From: Candidatus Bathyarchaeia archaeon
Lineage (GTDB): Archaea > Thermoproteota > Bathyarchaeia > Bathyarchaeales > Bathycorpusculaceae
Assembly (NCBI GenBank): GCA_038883775.1
Contig: JAVZLM010000006.1
Span: 95,544-159,543, forward strand
Direction of reading: 5' to 3'
DNA length: 64,000 nucleotides
The translations under genes were made by a program, and so were the position numbers. The notes below the pieces were generated by a model, which saw nothing but the letters and a program-made list of their open reading frames with translations, searched no databases and was not told the origin of the DNA. Of the stretch, positions 36,368 to 45,673 are shown piece after piece (position 1 is the first letter of the stretch; each line of letters opens with the position of its first letter).

Positions 36368-37705
36368 ATGAGTGTGTATCCAAAAATAATTGTAACTCCG
36401 CCAGGACCAAAAGCAAGGGAACTAGTTAAAAAGGACGAAAGCCTCATCTCCCCATCCTATGTGCGCTTTTATCCTCTCGTGATTGACTCTGGAAAAGGTT
36501 GTATAATAAAGGACGTAGATGGCAATGAGTACATAGACTTCAACTCCGGTTTAGTGTGCTTAAACGTAGGTCATAATCATCCTAAGGTTATTGCAGCCAT
36601 AAAAAATCAGTGCGACCGATTCTTGCATTACTCTAACACGGACTTTTATTACCGCGAGGTTGTCGACCTTGCCGAAAAGCTTTCAGGAATTACCCCTGGA
36701 AATTTTGAGAAGAAAGTATATTTTGGTAATAGTGGAACAGAAGCTATTGAAGCGGCAATTAAGCTTGCAAAGTGGCATACACGCAGGCAATTATTTATCG
36801 GGTTCATTGGTGCTTTTCATGGACGTACAATAGGGGCTCTGTCTTTTACAGCTAGTAAACCTACACAAAGACGCTATTTCTTCCCATTAATGCCAGGCGT
36901 TACCCATGTTCCATATCCATACTGTTACAGGTGTCCCTTTAAATTGACACATCCAGAATGCCATTATTGGTGTGTTGACTTCATTGATGAGTTAGTCCTA
37001 CAGAAATATGTGCCACCGGAGGATGTTGCTGCCATATTATTTGAGCCAATCCAAGGAGAAGGCGGCTATGTTGTAGCTCCACCTGAATATTTCGCACGTT
37101 TGAAAAAACTTGCCGACAAGTATGGCATATTGCTCATAGACGATGAGGTTCAATCTGGCATAGGCAGAACTGGAAAATGGTTTGCCATTGAGCACTGGAA
37201 TGTTGAGCCTGACATCATCTGCAGTGCAAAAGCGTTAGCTTCGGGACTGCCATTAGGTGCAGCGATTGCCAAAGCAAAAATTATGGACTGGGTTGGTGGT
37301 TCTCATGCAAGCACCTTCGGCGGCAATCCCCTAGCATGCGTTGCTGCAAACGCCGTAATCGACGTAATTAATGAGGAGAGGCTATTAGAAAATGCCACCA
37401 AGCAAGGCGCTTACATATTGAAGAGAGTCGAGGAGTTAAAAGAGCAAAGCCGAATAGTTGGTGACGTAAGGGGCAAGGGCTTGATGATAGGTATGGAAAT
37501 TGTGGATGATAAAGAAAGCAAGAAGCCTGCCTCAACGAAAGCTACTGAGATTATGATGCGTTCTTGGAAGCGTGGAGTTGCTGTTATCACTTGTGGAGTT
37601 TCAACAGTCAGAATAGCACCGCCACTTAACATCACGAGAGACCTTGTAGACGCTGCAATGGAAATAATTGAAGATGTTGTAAAAGAGGTTGAAAAAGAAG
37701 CCTAA
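36368..37705 (+). CDS. class III PLP aminotransferase (ornithine/4-aminobutyrate type)
   Basis: 'DVDGNEYIDF', 'FHGRT', 'EPIQGEGG', 'DEVQSG.GRTG', 'AKALASG'. Confidence 0.92.
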   Translation: MSVYPKIIVTPPGPKARELVKKDESLISPSYVRFYPLVIDSGKGCIIKDVDGNEYIDFNSGLVCLNVGHNHPKVIAAIKNQCDRFLHYSNTDFYYREVVDLAEKLSGITPGNFEKKVYFGNSGTEAIEAAIKLAKWHTRRQLFIGFIGAFHGRTIGALSFTASKPTQRRYFFPLMPGVTHVPYPYCYRCPFKLTHPECHYWCVDFIDELVLQKYVPPEDVAAILFEPIQGEGGYVVAPPEYFARLKKLADKYGILLIDDEVQSGIGRTGKWFAIEHWNVEPDIICSAKALASGLPLGAAIAKAKIMDWVGGSHASTFGGNPLACVAANAVIDVINEERLLENATKQGAYILKRVEELKEQSRIVGDVRGKGLMIGMEIVDDKESKKPASTKATEIMMRSWKRGVAVITCGVSTVRIAPPLNITRDLVDAAMEIIEDVVKEVEKEA

Positions 37706-37722
37706 ACCTAAAGCGTGTTTTT

Positions 37723-38151
37723 ATGGAAATTCGAAACCTAACAATAGACGACTACGAAGCCATGATTAGCCTCTGGTCTAAGGCGAAACTACCTTTCAAA
37801 CCAAAAGGAAGAGACAGCAAAGAAGCCATTTCGGCGCAAATGAAGGCGAACCCAGATTTTTTCCTAGGAGCCTTCGACGGTAACCGTCTTATCGGCACCG
37901 TTGTTGTGAGCTGTGATATGCGGAAGGGGTGGATAAACCGTTTAGCTGTTGACCCAGAGTATAGGTTTCGTGGGGTTGCAAAAGCTTTGATTATTGAATC
38001 TGAGAAGATACTTTGGAAGCATGGAATCCGAATTGTTTGCGCCTTGATTGAAGATTATAATGTTGCATCAAAAAGGCTTTTTAAGAAACTTGGCTATGTG
38101 GAGCATCGTGACATAATATATTTCAGTAAGAGAGAAAGCGAAGAAATCTGA
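37723..38151 (+). CDS. GNAT acetyltransferase
   Basis: 'LAVDPEYRFRGVAKAL', 'N..S..LFKKLGY'. Confidence 0.88.
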   Translation: MEIRNLTIDDYEAMISLWSKAKLPFKPKGRDSKEAISAQMKANPDFFLGAFDGNRLIGTVVVSCDMRKGWINRLAVDPEYRFRGVAKALIIESEKILWKHGIRIVCALIEDYNVASKRLFKKLGYVEHRDIIYFSKRESEEI

Positions 38152-38165
38152 TGCGGTTCACAATG

Positions 38166-39473
38166 CTACGCTTCTCTTTCTTCTGGTTTTGGTTCGCGTA
38201 CACCGAATATGATTAATGCTGCGGTTGGAATGGCAAGAACAGCCACGAGGATAAAGGGAAGCATTGGAGAGACTGAATCATACAAAAATCCTCCCACTGC
38301 TCCACCAACTGCCATGAATATGTAAGCGAAAAAGTTCATTGAACCAGTAACTTTTCCACGCTGGGCTTGCGGGACGAGGTCGGCAAACATTGCTTGGTAG
38401 GATGAAAAGCCAAGAAGCATTGAAAATCCCATTAGAGGCATTGTTATAAAGAGGGTTAAGTAGTTCCCAAAAGTGAAAAGTAAGATTGCTGGAATCATTA
38501 AGAGGCTTGATATAATTAATGGAATTTTTCTGCCAACTCTATCGATAAGTTTCCCAACAGGAAAAGATAGGATAATGTTGCAGATGAATAGCGCAATCAT
38601 CACGTATCCCCACATAATGCGTGCTTGTTTAAGGGCTGGATCTTCTTGGGGACGATAGAGAGTTGGGTTTGGTGTTCCTCCTATTTTGAGTACATAAAAA
38701 GCGTAGACTAGGAAAAGAACTTGAATCATAGAAAATGAAAACCGCATAGTGAGTTCTGAAAGAAATAAAAAGAACATTGAACGTGACACATTTTTCCAGA
38801 CCATTATTCCTTCCTTCAAAGCTTTAGGATAAGAGCGGAGGGCTTCTTTGAATTTTATCTTCTCCGTGTTTACCATACTCTCCTTAAGCTTTAATCGAAC
38901 CATTGCTGCTGCAAAATAAAATGTTACAACAATAACGTATGCTATTCTCATACCCATCATGGAACCATAAGTTGCCACAAGGAAAAGGGCAATTGCTGGA
39001 CCTGGAGTTGTGGACACACTCATTATTAGGTTAAGTATGGAAAAGCCAATTCCTCTTTTTTCTGGCGGCAAGGAGTCAGCCATCATGGCGTTTAATGCTG
39101 GTTGGTAAAGCAAGCAAAGGTTTTGTATTGTTGCTCCAATTAGAATGAACTCCCAGCTCGGGGCTACAGCGTAGAAGATGAAGGAGAGCGCTACTCCGAA
39201 GGTTAAACTTGAAATCAGCCATCGTCTTCCATACTTATCCGCTAGGTAACCTCCCAAAAATTGAACAGAAGCCAAAGCAAGAAGCGAAACTAACATAATA
39301 ATGCCTAATATTGTTGCGTTTCCGCCCAGTTGGATGACATAGTCTGAATAGTACGTCCCTGGAATTTCATTAACAAAGTCCATAAGAATCCAACTTATGA
39401 TGAGTATAAGATAGTTTCCGCTAAAGAAGGAGAACTCTTTCTTCAGCCTTTCCGCAAATTTCAATTTAACCAT
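38166..39473 (-). CDS. MFS transporter
   Basis: ~12 TMs; motif A 'GYLADKYGRR' and 'GKLIDRVGRK'. Confidence 0.92.
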   Translation of the reverse strand: MVKLKFAERLKKEFSFFSGNYLILIISWILMDFVNEIPGTYYSDYVIQLGGNATILGIIMLVSLLALASVQFLGGYLADKYGRRWLISSLTFGVALSFIFYAVAPSWEFILIGATIQNLCLLYQPALNAMMADSLPPEKRGIGFSILNLIMSVSTTPGPAIALFLVATYGSMMGMRIAYVIVVTFYFAAAMVRLKLKESMVNTEKIKFKEALRSYPKALKEGIMVWKNVSRSMFFLFLSELTMRFSFSMIQVLFLVYAFYVLKIGGTPNPTLYRPQEDPALKQARIMWGYVMIALFICNIILSFPVGKLIDRVGRKIPLIISSLLMIPAILLFTFGNYLTLFITMPLMGFSMLLGFSSYQAMFADLVPQAQRGKVTGSMNFFAYIFMAVGGAVGGFLYDSVSPMLPFILVAVLAIPTAALIIFGVREPKPEEREA

Positions 39474-39549
39474 CCTTTAAATGGGGTTTTTCTTAAACAA
39501 GTCTTTCTAATAAACACTATTTGGAGAATTTCTCTTTTAGCGGTTTGTG

Positions 39550-40125
39550 TTAAAAACCATGAGGTTTCGCTATAATCTCTTTTATCTTTAAATCAAAGAA
39601 TCTTGCAGTATTTGCAGGTTGTATCCTTAAGGCGGTATCTGCGCCACTTCCTGTTCCAGCAATGGCAACGACATCTTTATCAACGGGAAGTAAGCCGGCG
39701 TCAGCAGCCATCAATGTTATTTCTACGCATACTTTGGTTCCTTCTCCCATTAGCCTAAGCACATTGGCTATCAGCTCTAAGGATTGAATTGTTCCAAAAT
39801 CCTTGCGGATTGCCCGCTCAACGCTACTTAGGGCGTGGACTCCTGTGAAAATTTTTGCTCCATTCTTCAAAATCTCTTTCCTAGATTCTTCGTGTAACTC
39901 TGTTTTTCCAGGCTCCTTGAAGCCGAAACAGTGTGTAACTACAACCACGTTGTAGCCTTTGAAAATTTTGGAGACTTTTGCTCCGGTTTTTCCGGTTGTT
40001 GAAGCAATAACTATGTCTCTTATTCCTTCCTTCTTCACATAATCTTTAACAAATTCTAAAAGTTTATCCGTATTTTGTGCGCCTGGTTTGCTGAAATAAA
40101 GTGTTTTCTTTTCGGTTGCGTCCAT
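39550..40125 (-). CDS. pyruvate-kinase C-terminal-like domain protein (COG1751/DUF1867)
   Basis: 'YFSKPG.QNT', 'IASTTGKT', 'GTKVCVEI..MAADAG', 'G.GADTA'. Confidence 0.85.
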   Translation of the reverse strand: MDATEKKTLYFSKPGAQNTDKLLEFVKDYVKKEGIRDIVIASTTGKTGAKVSKIFKGYNVVVVTHCFGFKEPGKTELHEESRKEILKNGAKIFTGVHALSSVERAIRKDFGTIQSLELIANVLRLMGEGTKVCVEITLMAADAGLLPVDKDVVAIAGTGSGADTALRIQPANTARFFDLKIKEIIAKPHGF

Positions 40126-40209
40126 GGACTATGCCTCAACATATAAATTGTAAGCAATTAACTTTTATTAATTATTATCGAGAGCTTAGCAAAGGAAAGG
40201 TGTAATGGT

Positions 40210-40767
40210 ATGAATGAAACCATAAAGGTCATAAAAAACAGGAGAAGTATAAGGAGGTTCAAAACGGAACAAATACCTGATTCAAAACTTCAAGAGATAT
40301 TGGAGTGTGCTTTGCTTGCGCCTAATGCTCGAAACCAGCAGAAATGGCATTTCACAGTAATCCAAAACAAAGATGTGCTCACCAAAATGGTTAACATTTT
40401 GAAGGAAAACATGCTAAATTCTGGAATAGAATTTTTGGCGGAAAGGGCAAAAGACCCAGCCTTTAATCCTTTTGGAAACGCTCCCACAGTAATTCTAATC
40501 ACAACGGATAAAACAGTCCGTTTCGCAGAAATTGACTGCGCCCTAGCCGCCGAAAACATTCTAATTGCCGCCGAATCATTAGGCTTGGGTTCACATATAA
40601 TGGCCATGACCGAACTGCTCTTCACATCGGAAGAGGGTAAGAAACTGAAACAAGATTTAGGGGTTCCAGAAGGATATGAGCATGTTTGCACAATAGCGTT
40701 AGGATACAAAGGCGAAAGCCCACAAGCAAAACCGCGAAGAAAAGACGTGATAAATTACATAAAATAG
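40210..40767 (+). CDS. nitroreductase family protein
   Basis: 'RRSIRRF', 'APNARNQQKW', 'AAESLGLGS'. Confidence 0.92.
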   Translation: MNETIKVIKNRRSIRRFKTEQIPDSKLQEILECALLAPNARNQQKWHFTVIQNKDVLTKMVNILKENMLNSGIEFLAERAKDPAFNPFGNAPTVILITTDKTVRFAEIDCALAAENILIAAESLGLGSHIMAMTELLFTSEEGKKLKQDLGVPEGYEHVCTIALGYKGESPQAKPRRKDVINYIK

Positions 40768-40772
40768 GTTTA

Positions 40773-41516
40773 TTAAAATAATATTTCATGCGGAATTTTT
40801 TCTTTCTTAAGATTTTCAGAAATTTCCAGTGCATTTTGTTTGAAGAAACCGTCACTCTTGGCGTATTCTAACCCAAACTTCACGTAGACCCAATCCGCAT
40901 AATGGTAATTCATTTTATCAATTAGCACCCGATCCACTTTTCCAACAATCTCTTTAACTAAGCCTTCAGCCTTTGGCAATAAAGGAGCAATCATTACGCT
41001 AGTTTTTATGCCAGCAGAATGCAGTTTTTCTAAAGTTTGTAGGCGTTCTTTGATGGATGGTGCTTTTGGTTCGAAAATTTGCTTAATTTCTTCGTCGGCG
41101 GTGGTAATGGTAAGTGTTACTTCAATGTTTTTGTGTTTCTGTAATAAGTCTATGTCTCGCAATATGAGAGTAGATTTTGTTTGTATGGTCACTGGCCAAT
41201 TCTTTCTTGACAGAATTTCAAGGCAGCTCCTAGTTATTCCATATTTTCTTTCCAATGGCTGGTAGGGGTCGCATAATCCGCTAATCCAAACTCTTCCAAC
41301 ATTTTTCTTATGCATTTCACGCTGAAGTAGGATTGGGGCATTAAGTTTTACGTCAACGAACTCTCCCCACTTTTCCTTGTGGTGGGTAAACCTTTTAATG
41401 AAGCGGGCATAGCAGTAAGTGCACCCGTGCTCGCAGCCAACATACGGATTAATTGTGTAATCAAGAACTTTTGATTTTGATAAGATGCCTTTTGCATAAA
41501 TTTCTTTAATAATCAT
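40773..41516 (-). CDS. SPL-like (Rv2578c-type) radical SAM protein
   Basis: 'NPYVGCEHGCTYCYA', 'DPYQP.E', 'TKS', 'FEP.AP...RL'; start at MIIKEI. Confidence 0.9.
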   Translation of the reverse strand: MIIKEIYAKGILSKSKVLDYTINPYVGCEHGCTYCYARFIKRFTHHKEKWGEFVDVKLNAPILLQREMHKKNVGRVWISGLCDPYQPLERKYGITRSCLEILSRKNWPVTIQTKSTLILRDIDLLQKHKNIEVTLTITTADEEIKQIFEPKAPSIKERLQTLEKLHSAGIKTSVMIAPLLPKAEGLVKEIVGKVDRVLIDKMNYHYADWVYVKFGLEYAKSDGFFKQNALEISENLKKEKIPHEILF

Positions 41517-41542
41517 AAATTTTCCTTTACGCATATTTCGCT

Positions 41543-42076
41543 TTAATTTATGTGGATTTTGTTTAGCGGTTTCCTTTTCAGTTCTGTGCCGCAAACTTTG
41601 CATTTCTTTGATTTGTAGTCTGTTGGGTATTTTCTGTGACATGCTGGGCAATATCTTATCCATTTTAATTGGAAGCGAATGCCGAAAGTAGCTAGGGATG
41701 TGAATTCTATACCCATCAAGTTTGCAACGTTTTGTATTGAATAGTCATCTGTGGCAATCAACGGTGAATAACCACTCATCTTGAGTTGTAGGGCTAAGGC
41801 TAAAACTTGCTGGTCTGTTTCTGATAGATAAAAGGTTTCTCCAGCGGTTGCTGCTGTTGTCTTAACTTTTTCGAGGTACGCCTTGTCTGGCTTTCTAACT
41901 TTTAGTTTTCCGCTTTCTATGGCTGTTTTGAATCTAACCCAAGGCATAGTTCCTTCTATTATTTCCTCTCTAACCATTGGAACTGTATATTGCTTTTCGC
42001 TTATGGAGGATGGATCTAAGCCAACCACAAAGGCTGAAGTGTCCAATACTATGACTCTTCTGTTTGCCCACTTCGT
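41543..42076 (-). CDS. nob1: Nob1-family PIN endonuclease with Zn ribbon (start uncertain)
   Basis: 'VIVLDTSAF', 'LSETD', 'TDDYSIQNVA', 'CPAC...CKVCG'; first canonical in-frame start TTG 42046 lies inside the first PIN strand. Confidence 0.88.
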   Translation of the reverse strand, partial: TKWANRRVIVLDTSAFVVGLDPSSISEKQYTVPMVREEIIEGTMPWVRFKTAIESGKLKVRKPDKAYLEKVKTTAATAGETFYLSETDQQVLALALQLKMSGYSPLIATDDYSIQNVANLMGIEFTSLATFGIRFQLKWIRYCPACHRKYPTDYKSKKCKVCGTELKRKPLNKIHIN

Positions 42077-42924
42077 TAGAGTTTGCCTCCCAATCCCTTA
42101 AAAATAAGCCTGTTTTTTAATCGCGTGTAGAAGTTTTCCTTAAAGCGTATGAAAGAGGTTTCATATTTTGAGCGTGTTATGGTTAGGGTTGGAAGTTTAG
42201 ACCTCAAAAGTTGGCGATATTGCCCATCAATTAACACAAGCACTTTTCGCGGTCTTAAAACTTTAACCATTAGATTTGAATTTGCCGGAAAAACTATTGA
42301 ACGAAAAACGCTTAAAGAGCATATAGGCGTCAAAACAAAAGCCTCCACGTTTGGGTCTAAAACTGGTCCTCCAGCCGAAAGCGAATATCCAGTGGAGCCT
42401 GTTTGTGTGGATACCATTAAGCCGTCTGATTGAGCGTTTAGAATGGGTTTTTTATCCTTGAATATTCTTGTGTAGATTATTTTTGCTGGTTCATCAGCCA
42501 ATATCAATACTTCATTTAAGGCGTCTGGAAATTTTATGCCGTTTGCTTCTGTTGATAGTTTCATGCATTTTTCAATGGTGAATTCTCCCTTCAAGCACTT
42601 GTCTACCGCTGTTAAGGCTTGTTTTGGCTCAACCTCTGTTAGGAATCCTCTGACACCCATATTTATTGCGAGGATTGGCGGTTCTGGTTTTGGTATGGAA
42701 ACACATGTTCTTAGAAGGGTTCCGTCTCCACCGATGGTTATTATGAAGTCTGTTTTCATTTTCTCTAAGGGAATGCCCTTTTCTTCTGTTTTCATTTTCT
42801 TTACTAACGTGTCCTCTATGTAAACTTCTAATCCCTTCCCTCGCAAGTATTTTGCCAAATCTTCGGCAAGTTTTATGGCTTTTATTTTGTCAAAGCGAGC
42901 GACTAAACCGACGCTTCTAAACAA
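42076..42924 (-). CDS. nadK: NAD kinase
   Basis: 'GGDGT', 'GFLT', 'LNE', 'DG..VST.TGSTGYSLSAGGP'. Confidence 0.95.
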   Translation of the reverse strand: MFRSVGLVARFDKIKAIKLAEDLAKYLRGKGLEVYIEDTLVKKMKTEEKGIPLEKMKTDFIITIGGDGTLLRTCVSIPKPEPPILAINMGVRGFLTEVEPKQALTAVDKCLKGEFTIEKCMKLSTEANGIKFPDALNEVLILADEPAKIIYTRIFKDKKPILNAQSDGLMVSTQTGSTGYSLSAGGPVLDPNVEAFVLTPICSLSVFRSIVFPANSNLMVKVLRPRKVLVLIDGQYRQLLRSKLPTLTITRSKYETSFIRFKENFYTRLKNRLIFKGLGGKL

Positions 42925-43020
42925 TTATTTTCACCTTTTAGTATTAGCGACACCTTAATCTATATATGAGTGTTGTTTAAAATTGCTGTGGATAAAAGAG
43001 TGTAATAAGTTGGTGGGTGA

Positions 43021-43413
43021 ATGAGCAAACCCGTAGATGTTGGAAGTCTCCGTGTGGGCGGTTACATAATTGTTGACGGCGAACCTTGCCGCATAGTGGA
43101 TATAACAAAATCAAAACCTGGAAAACATGGCTCAGCCAAAGCCCGCATTGTAGCAGTGGGCATTTTTGACGGCGCAAAAAGAAGCCTAGTTAAGCCAGTT
43201 GATGCCACAGCAGACGTGCCCATAATCGAGAAGAGAAGCGGTCAAGTATTTGCTGTATCGCCCTCAAGTCTCCAAATAATGGATTTGGAAACTTACGAGT
43301 ATTTAGATGCTCCGTATCCAAAAGAGGAGGATTTGAAAGCAAAACTTGCTCCAGGCGTTGAAGTTGAATATTGGCGAATTCTAGGCAAAGTAAAAATTGT
43401 TAGGACGAAATAA
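43021..43413 (+). CDS. eif5a: translation factor aIF5A
   Basis: 'SKPGKHGSAK' hypusine motif. Confidence 0.97.
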   Translation: MSKPVDVGSLRVGGYIIVDGEPCRIVDITKSKPGKHGSAKARIVAVGIFDGAKRSLVKPVDATADVPIIEKRSGQVFAVSPSSLQIMDLETYEYLDAPYPKEEDLKAKLAPGVEVEYWRILGKVKIVRTK

Positions 43414-43458
43414 ACTGAGTTAAATATCAAATCTTTCACTTTTTCTGAGGTTTCAAGT

Positions 43459-44001
43459 TTGGAGGCTATAAAAGCTAAGTTGAAGGATGGTAGAATTGTT
43501 CAAATTAGAAAATTTCAGATTGAAGATAAAGAGAAACTTGTTGAGATGTATGAGTCTCTTTCTGAGGATGCTGTGCGTTGGGGTTTGCCTCCTTATAATA
43601 GAGAAAGGCTTGAAAGAGGCTGGCTAAGCAATCTACAAAATCTAATAGCTATTGTGGCTTTTCATGAAGATAAGATAGTTGGGCATGCTCAAATTTTCAA
43701 ATTTCCTCATCCCCGAAGGAAAGGCACGGGTGACCTTCTCATCTATCTTCACCAAGATTTCCATAACGTGGGATTAGGCACGGTGATGCTTGCTAAACTG
43801 ATAGAACTTGCGAAAAAGGAAGGAATGCATAGAATAGGCTTGGATGTTATAGCAGATAACAAACCAGCTATTCATCTTTATCAAAAATTTGGTTTCAAAA
43901 TTGAAGGTGTGAAAAAAGAGGCATATTTTGGTGGAGATGGAAAATACCATGACGAGCTTGTTATGGGTTTAATCCTCGCTAACTCCACCAATCCCAATTA
44001 A
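43459..44001 (+). CDS. GNAT (RimJ/RimL-like) acetyltransferase
   Basis: 'FHNVGLGT', 'N..AIHLYQKFGF.IEG'. Confidence 0.88.
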   Translation: MEAIKAKLKDGRIVQIRKFQIEDKEKLVEMYESLSEDAVRWGLPPYNRERLERGWLSNLQNLIAIVAFHEDKIVGHAQIFKFPHPRRKGTGDLLIYLHQDFHNVGLGTVMLAKLIELAKKEGMHRIGLDVIADNKPAIHLYQKFGFKIEGVKKEAYFGGDGKYHDELVMGLILANSTNPN

Positions 44002-44179
44002 GCCTTTTGAAACCTACGTAAAGGACTAATAGGATTACTCCCCAGCTTAATGCTATGCCAGCGACCTCTAATATTAACTCTTGGCGGAGATAAGTGTAGC
44101 TTGACCATGCGCTTATTCCACATAAACCAACTAAGAGCAGAAGAAACATTGCGAAGTGAATTGCCTTTTCCGTCGCCAT
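43979..44179 (-). CDS. small two-TM membrane protein
   Basis: Two hydrophobic segments; GAGGGAG SD-like motif upstream. Confidence 0.6.
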   Translation of the reverse strand: MATEKAIHFAMFLLLLVGLCGISAWSSYTYLRQELILEVAGIALSWGVILLVLYVGFKRLNWDWWS

Positions 44180-44278
44180 TCTAACTCCCTCATTAAGCTA
44201 TTTTACGAGTTTAACGTGGTTTATGGTTAAAATAATTTTCCATCAAAGTTTTTATTTCCGGTTTGCTGTAATATTTTT

Positions 44279-44345
44279 GGAGCCGATGATGCAAGAAGAG
44301 CCGTCGGATTTGTGACGACGCTTGTAAACCCAGCGCTGAGGCTTC
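44279..44345 (+). ncRNA. C/D box small RNA (2'-O-methylation guide)
   Basis: Terminal stem GGAGCC/GGCTTC; box C ATGATGC 44286, D' CGGA 44305, C' GTGACGA 44312, D CTGA 44336; TATA-like TTTTATT ~25 nt upstream; both guides antisense to conserved 23S sequence. Confidence 0.85.
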
Positions 44346-44350
44346 AGCTT

Positions 44351-44794
44351 CTATTCTACTGGAATAAGGTATCCATGTTTTCTTGGTAAGCGAATTTCTA
44401 AGATTCCTTTCTTGAAGCGAACTTCCATCTTATCCATGTCTACTGATACTGGAATGCGGGTACTACAGTGGAATGTCTGGAATTCCCCTTTATAGTGGGT
44501 TATGCCGAAATCGTCAAAACGTATTTTCCTTTTCAGTTTTGCAGTTATCTCTATTGTATTTCTGTCTAAAGGTTTAACCTGTATTGTGTTTTCCTCGGTG
44601 TAGGGCAAGTCAACAGTCACTATAACCTCCGTAGGAGTTACCATTATGTCTCGGAGCGGTTCAATAGCACAAGTCTTTTGATTCCAACTCGGTCTCTCAA
44701 GCAGTCTCTCGCTTAACTCTTCAGCCCATTCTTCCAAATTTTCAAAGTATTCATCAATAATGTCAAAGAATGAACGTCTCTTTTTGGTTGCCAT
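44351..44794 (-). CDS. Hsp20/alpha-crystallin small heat-shock protein
   Basis: 'EPL.DI......V.VDLP', 'FKKGILEIRLPR'. Confidence 0.88.
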   Translation of the reverse strand: MATKKRRSFFDIIDEYFENLEEWAEELSERLLERPSWNQKTCAIEPLRDIMVTPTEVIVTVDLPYTEENTIQVKPLDRNTIEITAKLKRKIRFDDFGITHYKGEFQTFHCSTRIPVSVDMDKMEVRFKKGILEIRLPRKHGYLIPVE

Positions 44795-44808
44795 TGCCTT
44801 TTTCCTCC

Positions 44809-45558
44809 TTAAGAAATGTATAATGGAATGTCATACTCTTGGGCTTTCTTCATTTTGGACATCTCCTGTTGGGTTCGCTTCATAACATCTCTCGCCCTTA
44901 AACGAATCTCCTCGCCCTTCTCTAATAGTTTTGAAACGTCAACTTTTATTCCCGTTATATTTGCCAATCCCTTTAGCACTTCCGCTGCAGCCTCGGGGTC
45001 TGGATAATTTAGGAAGCATTGAGCAAGCAATGTTATAGCTGGCAAACCCATGGTGGCACAGCGCTGAAGCATAATCGCCTGCGGACCAACCATGTATCCT
45101 TCTTGCAAAATTTCTATTTCCTTCTCCTGAAGCATTTTCAGCATTTCTGGGCTTGAAGCGGCAGCAAAAACCTTCAACTCTTTTAAGTCTTGTCTTTCTT
45201 GTGTTGGGATGCCGCTTAATGAAATCATCATTTTAACATTCTTGTTCTTTCCCCAATCGATTAAAGTGTCCATTATTGGATAGATTACGTCTGCAGGTAT
45301 TGCGGTTTCAGAAACAGCCAAAAGAATATTGCGGTTTCCAAAAATCCTTATGGGCGAATGTGGCAACCCATCATGCAAAACAATGAGAGGTGGCAGCAGT
45401 TTTGAATCCATGTAGGCTAATTCCTCTATATCCTCAAGCTCTGATATTAAATGTGAAGCAGCTATGACGCCAACTAATCCCACGTCTGGAAAACCAAAAA
45501 GCATAACAGCGCCTGATGGAATTTCTTTCTTTTCTATAATCTTAACTTCTCCACTCAC
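44809..45558 (-). CDS. PAC2-family proteasome assembly chaperone
   Basis: 'GFPDVGLVG.IA', 'PDPEAA', C-terminal 'LYIS' HbYX-like tail. Confidence 0.88.
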   Translation of the reverse strand: MSGEVKIIEKKEIPSGAVMLFGFPDVGLVGVIAASHLISELEDIEELAYMDSKLLPPLIVLHDGLPHSPIRIFGNRNILLAVSETAIPADVIYPIMDTLIDWGKNKNVKMMISLSGIPTQERQDLKELKVFAAASSPEMLKMLQEKEIEILQEGYMVGPQAIMLQRCATMGLPAITLLAQCFLNYPDPEAAAEVLKGLANITGIKVDVSKLLEKGEEIRLRARDVMKRTQQEMSKMKKAQEYDIPLYIS

Positions 45559-45673
45559 ACCAATTCCTCACAACATCCTCATTTAGCTGGGAGTGTAAAA
45601 AGTTTATGGAACTTTGCCATGAAGAGCAGAATACCTATTTAAGGATGTAGTTTGTTTTTAAATCTGGAGAAAA

